A stretch of 61,531 nt of DNA, counting the filler, from Sluysia triapertura (taxonomy: Eukaryota), in the NCBI GenBank assembly GCA_046118255.1. It is 5 parts of 5 records of this genome, joined end to end, with 100 filler letters (N's around TTAATTAATTAA, not from the genome) between each part and the next. Parts side by side here need not be neighbours in the genome. Positions count along the whole stretch, not along the records: positions 47,950 to 61,531 come from JBJNIA010031051.1; 4 more parts are not named here. The stretch is one strand, 5' to 3'. A program made the position numbers and the translations under genes. Below, piece after piece: positions 54,631 through 61,531 of the stretch. Position 1 is the first letter of the stretch. Every line of letters starts with the position of its first letter. Under the pieces are notes generated by a model, which saw only the letters and a list, made by a program, of their open reading frames with translations, had not been told where the DNA came from and ran no database searches.

Positions 54631-55076
54631 TATTATTTATTTCGTTGATTAATAGTAGTATTTCGTGGAATAGGAATGGGACAATAAATTAGAAATTATA
54701 ATTATTATATTATTATTATTAATCCTTGTACTAAATATTTTAGAAAAATTATTTTATAGAGAAAATTAGAAATTATAATTATTATATTATTATTATTAAT
54801 TCTTGTTATAGAGAAAATTAGAAATTAGAACAGAATCTATAACTTGTAATGTACTTTTATTTTTAAAAGAAAAAATGTGATGTTAAAAATTTATACTGTA
54901 TAAATTTAATTTATTAATTATTATATCTGTGTATAAAATATTATAGAATATTATTATGTACTAAAATTTATTTTAAATATATCTAGTGTATAAAATTTAC
55001 CCAATTAAAATTTGTATAATTTTTAATTTATATTTTGTATAATATAAAATAATATAAAAGAAGAAGAAATATTAAT

Positions 55077-55200
55077 TAGACATTAATCGTTATTACACTT
55101 GGAATCGTTGTAGACATTAATCGTTATTACACTTGGAATCGTTGTAGACATTAATCGTTGTAAACATTAATCGTTGTAAAACTATTATATTTGGAATCGA
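55077..55200. repeat. Minisatellite with a 33-bp unit and shorter derivatives
   Basis: tagacattaatcgttattacacttggaatcgttg twice, then acattaatcgttgta variants. Confidence 0.8.
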
Positions 55201-57299
55201 ACAACAATAATCATATCTGTGAGTAACTATTTATTATTCTGTTTTCCACGATTTTTAATAGAATTAAACTATTTAATCAACTATTAATAAATAATTTTTC
55301 TTTATTATTATTTTGTTTTGTTTTTGCATAAATTAAATTTAAATTTTGAAAAATATTTATATAAATTTAAATTAAACAATTAATGAAGTTTTTAATAGAT
55401 TAAATTTCTTTTTTAAGAGTGTAACCACATAAAGAGATAAAACTATTAAAGATATTAATTACTAAGCACTTCCATCCTAAACATTTAGGACGAGTATTAT
55501 AAGCTCACGCCTCTAATTAAGTTTAATATTAAGTGATAACCTTAGGAGTATAAAACAATCGTAAATTTTATAAAGTAATTTGAATTGATAACGTATAGTG
55601 AGGATTTTAATAATATAAAATAATATTTGAATATTTTGGCAATCGATAAGTTAAATCTAAAATTCTTAAGGAAAAAAGCGTAAAGTAATCGAATTAAAAG
55701 ACAGTGAGGAAACGAACATTTAAGAAAGAAATTTATTACACTTTGCAAAGTTATTTATTACAGTTGTATATTGTAGTAAAACAATTAAGAACTAATTTCT
55801 AATAATTTCAAGTAGTATATGCTTTGTTCCAGATCAGATCTCATCATTTTAATTATTTCTCTTTCTACTTACTAATCTCATCTTTTCATTTCTATATTTA
55901 ATAAAATCATTGACTTCTGCATTATTCTCATGCTATTCTCTATAAATTGTATTTAAAAAACTTACATTTTCGATTTATTATTATTAGTTAATATTTATCT
56001 ATTAACTATTGTGAATATATAAATATTAAATAATAATTGTCTTAATATTAAAAATTCTATTTATGTTATTATTTTATTACTATTAATATTATTATTTTTA
56101 CTACTATTATTATTACTATTAATGTAAGCATAGTTACGGTTACTATTTAATAATAAATTTTTAATGATTTGGATTTACACAAAAAAAATCAGTGTTGACA
56201 ATCAGTGGTGTTCCAAATTATTAGACTAAAGACCATTTTTGTGATAAAATTTAACATTTTTCAAGGATACTATGAAACTATTAATTAAAAGCGTATAAAT
56301 ACGTGCAATTTACCGACAGTTGTCACGGAAAATGGAAAATAACTTCTCCCAGAAAAAACTGTCGAAAGTAAAATACTAATAAATTTTAAAAACAAATTAT
56401 GATCGCAGGTTTTTGCATAGAGAACCACATCACTTTATTTACAAATTCATTTACTTTTTCACCTAATCTTGTGTGGTGATTTAGGTTCCTCTCACACGAT
56501 AATCATAACAAAATTCATTATTATCATAGTTATCATTATTTACACCATCAGCCTTACCATCATCATTATTATTATTATTTTTATTTTGATTATTTTTGTT
56601 AATTTTTTGTATTACTATTTTTAATTATTTAATATTATTATTATTTTCAGAATAGTACATTTTATGTACGTTTTATGTAAATTTGCAGATATGTTTTGGT
56701 TTTGTGTAAATATTAAAATTTTTAAAAATTTTAAATTATTATTTTTATTATAATAAATATTAAAAATATAAATATTAAAAAAACAATAAATATTAAAAAT
56801 GTAAATATTAAAAATTATTAGGTAAAAAATTTGTTTTTGTTTAAAATTATTAATTTATTTAAAATTATAAAGAAAATTTGTTAAATTATTTAGGTTAATT
56901 AGTAAACAAAGAAGAAATTAAATTAGGAAAATAATAAATAAATGGTTAAAAATTTTTAGAGAAAAACAGAAAAATCGGAGACATAATATAAAGTCATTTT
57001 CAGAGAAGATTATTACCGAAGAAAGAAAATCAATGCTTATCGAGTAATTTTTTATTGGTAGGTTTCATCATATTCACCGTAATTTCGCGAATATTAAAAT
57101 CAACTTAAAATCTCGTAACATTTTGTATTAACACCTTAAAGAGGATTTGGTATTCTAAATTTAAACTCTATCATAATCAATTTGTCAATTGAATTATTAA
57201 AATTTTATCATTATTGTAGTCGTGCATTTATTAGTCGCACATTTTTGCTTGTTATTAGTTTAATACATCGAGTAAGATTTTAACTTACTTAATCCTTTT

Positions 57300-57564
57300 A
57301 AATAACAAATTCGATTTCTAAGAAACACCTTAATAAAAGGGTTATGTAATTTGTATACTCGAATCAAATTAATTTATTAAAAGTAACGTTAACCGTTTGT
57401 TGTAAGATATAGCAAAGGCTTATTAAGTGAAGTTATAAGTTATAAAAAGTCCTAATAATACACCTTCAACAGTGGTATAAATTGTATGTATTAGGCGGAC
57501 CGACTTCTTAGATATTTAGCAGGTAAGATTAAGATTTTTAAGTTTCAATAGAAATACCCTTGCA
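57300..57564 (+). repeat. Structured LTR-like end, copy 3 (hairpins degenerate)
   Basis: CCTAATAATAC...GTATGTATTAGG stem at 57451-57495, then GGCGGACCGAC; ends CTTGCA. Confidence 0.6.
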
Positions 57565-57784
57565 TTGTTATTATGGTTTTGTTTAATTAAATTTGTTTTT
57601 TTGCTGCATTGTCAAAAATTCTAAAATGTTATTATCATGTAGTGGAGATGGAAATCATGTAGTTACATATACTAATATTTTCAAGATGATATTAGCAAAT
57701 CAGAAGATAATATGGTATTACTTTCTCCAAAACATGAAGATTTGTGTGGATGATGCATGTTTATTTATGGTTTAAGTAATTACG

Positions 57785-58345
57785 TTGCTGATTCAAATAA
57801 ATCCATTATTATTCCTTTCAAAATGGTCTTTGATTCGAATAAATCCAACCGAGTTAAGAAACTCAACTTTAAATTCAAATGATCTGATTACAGAACATAT
57901 AAATCAGAAAAGGAATAATTTAAATTTATTCGTAGAACAATATATTAAGAGTAAGCTGGTCGGTTCGATTAGTGGAACCTTTATAATATTTTGTACTCAG
58001 CAGATGTCATCAAAATTTCGAAGCAATTTAAAGGAAGGAAAAGGCCTAAAAGATATAAATAATGTAAAACTCGTAGATCTAGTTAAAGTAATACAATTAA
58101 ATGCTTTTAAGTACAAATGTTTGAATGTTGTAGATATAATTTATACATGTGTAAATGCTGAAGATATAATTGATGTAAAAGATATGCATACTCTTATGTA
58201 TGAATGCTTAAACATTGTAGATACAAACTATTTGAAAGATTTTTACGTAATAATTTATAAATACTCTAATTTTGTAGCTCTAAAAGATCTTTACGTAATA
58301 AAATACAGATTTATTGTTAGTGTAAATATAAAAGATGTTACATAA
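57785..58345 (+). other. 186-codon open frame with loose internal repeats, unknown function
   Basis: Long ORF for this AT content with repeats (YKCLNVVD / YECLNIVD / KDxYV). Lies between two structured LTR-like ends. No recognised domain. Confidence 0.3.
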
Positions 58346-58969
58346 TCTATGTTTCTAATGTAATTGTAAGACTTTCGTGCAACTATTTATAATTGTCAGA
58401 ATTAACATCGTATGAAACTTTTGTATATTTGTATTTTATTTATTTATTATTATTATTATATTTCTGTATATTTGTTATTATTATATTTTAGAAAAATTTT
58501 AAATATTATTATTATATTTTGAAAAAATTATATTTTAGAAAAACCTTAAATACTATATTTTAATAAAATAAAAATGATTAAAATAAAATATTTTAATTAA
58601 AAAATAAAATAAAAATAATCAAAATAAAATAAAATTAATAATTTTATTGTTTTATTAAATTAAAATTACTTTAACAAAGAAAATTGTTTTATCAAATTAA
58701 ATTATTTATTTATTAAAGAAAATTCAAGATGGAGAAACAAAATTAATATATAAGTAAGCAAAATTTCATTTAAAAAACACAATTTAGAATTAGATTTCAA
58801 GTATTAAGAGTCTAAAAGTTGAAGAAGTAATTAACTTGGAAAACAATTTTGCAGAAGATTATCAAGAAATTCACTGTCGATTTTAATTAACAAGTAATTT
58901 TAATTATTGTAAGGTCGATTCACCATTCGGGAATCCTAAAATTTACTGAAAATCTATTTTTTATTTCGA

Positions 58970-59545
58970 GCAACACCATACAAAGGGTTGCGTAACGTTT
59001 ATTTTAAAATACGAAAGTACCAACTCCGGTTGAGTAACTTGAATTAAATTGTTATTTTTATTATACATATACATATATACATACGTGTTAATAAGTTTTA
59101 GTTTTTTAAGTATACGTTTAATAGATATTTGCATTACATGTAGAGTTTTTAATTAATTTAAAAGAATATTTTCAACAAGCAACACCATAAAAAGAGTTGC
59201 GTAAATTCTAAATTCATAAAAACAGTTATCATAAGCAACACCATAAAAAGCGTTGCGTAAGTATAAAATCATAAAGACATTTTAAAGCAACTCCATAAAA
59301 AGGGTTGCGAAATCATTAATTATTCTAACAAAAGCAACACCATAAAAAGGGTTGCGTAATATATATAAAATTCGAATTAATTTAATTAATAAACTGATTA
59401 TCTGTAAGTTAAAGTGTTAGATAAGCACTAAGTATAAGAAATTATAATAAATCCTAATAATACGTCTCCAATTTTGGTATAAAGCGTATATATTAGGCTA
59501 ACCGACTCTTCAGATAATTTGCTTAAGTATAAGAAAATACTAGCA
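58970..59545 (+). repeat. Structured LTR-like end, copy 4: five GCAAC-type bulged hairpins plus the conserved stem-loop
   Basis: GCAACACCATAAAAAGGGTTGC variants at 58970, 59179, 59235, 59287 and 59334. Stem at 59453-59497. Ends TAGCA. Confidence 0.75.
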
Positions 59546-60539
59546 ATTATAAACATTCGAAACACATTTACAAACGAGGTTCTTATCAACATCCGTTACT
59601 TGTTTATTAACAAAACTCTTATCTAAGTAAAGCGATGTTTTACTTACAATTTTGATACACAAAACAAATGAGTCTATATTCATTACGTAATTAAAGATTT
59701 TGAAAACAACATTATCAAAATAAAGTTATAAAAAAAGACGATGTATCTTTATTTACGAAAGAGATTAAATCACTCTTATCTTCATGCTTGTTATTAAAAG
59801 AGAATGTATTGTTAACTCGACTTAAATTATAATATATTGAGATGGTTTCATCGAAAGTTATGTATTCGGCTAATGTTACATCTTTAACCTTATGTTGTGT
59901 CTTTTATACTTTTTATTTTACAAATTATTAATCAAAGCCCAATAATTAAACAACTTCAGAATCTCGATATATTCTATAAATAATCAAAAATCACAATTTA
60001 AAAGATAAAAATTATTCTCTATGACAACGACAATATAAAGTACTCTTTATAAAAAAATACAAATTATTCTTTATAACAATATTGCAAATTACTCTCTATA
60101 ACAACGCAAATTACTCTTCCAAACAAATAAAAAACAGGGATGACGCAACTTAAATGTTTGTATCCGTATTAATGCAAAAATATAATCAATACAAAATAAA
60201 TCACTGACCCTTTGTCTTCTAACCTTAAATATTTATATTGACCAATTTGTTGCGTCTTTAAAAATTGTTAAATATTAAATCTTAATATTATTGTCTTGAT
60301 TTCAATAGTTAGTATATCAAGTATAATTTTACCGTAATCTTCTTTTACAGCTATGTCAATAACTTTAATATCAACTTTAAATTTCTTGACTATCAAATCA
60401 AAACTAAAACAATAATGTACTATTAAATAAAAACCAAAATAGAATTTATTATTAATATGAGTCTTTTCAAAATGAAACTAAAATGGCAAAAGTAAAAATA
60501 GCGTTTATAATAATAACGAAAATATTACAATTTCTCTAC

Positions 60540-61531
60540 AATAGCAACAACCAGGTTTGACGCAACAGACACTAACAATATCTAGAAAATTAATGGTAAT
60601 TATGTTATTTAAATATTTTAGGTCAACGTAACAAAATGTGACCACGATTACAATAAAATCTATTGGTAACAATAACTTTAAAGAAAAACTTAACAGTAAT
60701 TTCTAAAGATAAAACACTTAGTATTTTGATAAATTAAATTGCGTAGGGAGTTCCTATTCAATTCACCTTAAAATAGCTGAAAATTCAAATGTAATTTAAA
60801 TAAAATCTTCAACAAAATTACGTAAATTGTTTCTCAATTAATTACCTTAAAAATAACTAAACATCAAATATAATCTTAATAAAAAAACTGTGTAGGGATT
60901 TTCTTCTAAAAGTATCTTAAAAATATCTAAAAATTAAATATTATCGTTAACAAAAATTGCGTAGGGAGTTGCTTACAAAATTACCTTAATATGTCTAAAA
61001 TTAAATATTCACAAAAATTACTTGGAGTGTTTCCCATAAAACTATTTTAGTAATAACAAAAAATCAAATTTTAAAAATTTACAAAAATTGCGTGGGTTAT
61101 TTCTCACAAGACTATTTTAATAGTAACAAAAAATGAATCAAATTAATAGCTTATATAATCTATTATATATAATATAATATATAATCTATTACTTATCTTA
61201 TTTTACTATAATAAAATAAAAAAAATAAATGAAAACTTTACCCTATACATGGGTCTTCATACCATTGTGTCATTGTACCATTGTGTCATCATTGTTATTG
61301 TGTTGTAAAAATTTTGAAATCTTTATGTTATACTCTCTCATCATCCAATCACTTCACAGTCTCACAACCAAACACTCTCTCACATAAATCATCCAAACCT
61401 CTTTGAGAATCAAACCGGCAATAACAACTTTGACAATTACATCGTATTGTCTGGCAAACTTTATTAGGTACAAAACATAGAAATCTGATTTATTATCAAC
61501 CATCATTTCCTTTTACTCTACTCAGTCTATT
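60540..61531 (+). repeat. Dispersed LTR-like repeat with internal subrepeats, homologous to 5680-6400
   Basis: aaattgcgtagggagtt.. units at ~60736, 60890, 60955 and 61085. The 3' part aligns by eye with 6150-6330. Confidence 0.7.

Noticed and set aside
58970-59355. CRISPR-like repeat-spacer appearance
   Set aside because: Eukaryotic context, irregular AT-rich spacers (25-187 nt), no cas genes.

Overview
Very AT-rich animal (invertebrate-type) nuclear DNA. It consists of five contigs joined by artificial 100-nt spacers (N44-TTAATTAATTAA-N44). Host genes appear only as spliced fragments or decayed copies: a Cys-loop/nAChR-like subunit plus an orphan M4 remnant of a paralogue, an MRCK/Citron CNH-domain gene, a Tip60/KAT5 MYST exon, a DDX47/DDX49-like DEAD-box pseudogene, RRM, USP and receptor-L remnants, and a tRNA-Cys pseudogene. 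Most of the rest is decayed transposons (Ty3/gypsy, mariner/Tc1, hAT/Buster). The main finding is two diverged copies of a Ty3/gypsy LTR retrotransposon (about 6.9-10.8 kb and 37.3-45.65 kb, both minus strand). In both, a chuvirus-like viral glycoprotein (env) lies before pol and runs straight into the protease. The composite order is PBS-gag-ENV-protease-RT-RNaseH, suggesting a membrane-spanning polyprotein. The second copy is split inside env by a 3.0-kb TG..CA element with a target-site duplication that carries the DEAD-box pseudogene. A second notable signal is a family of LTR-like ends with arrays of co-varying bulged-A hairpins followed by a conserved stem-loop or pseudoknot. All homology calls come from manual translation and recalled family motifs; no searches were run.
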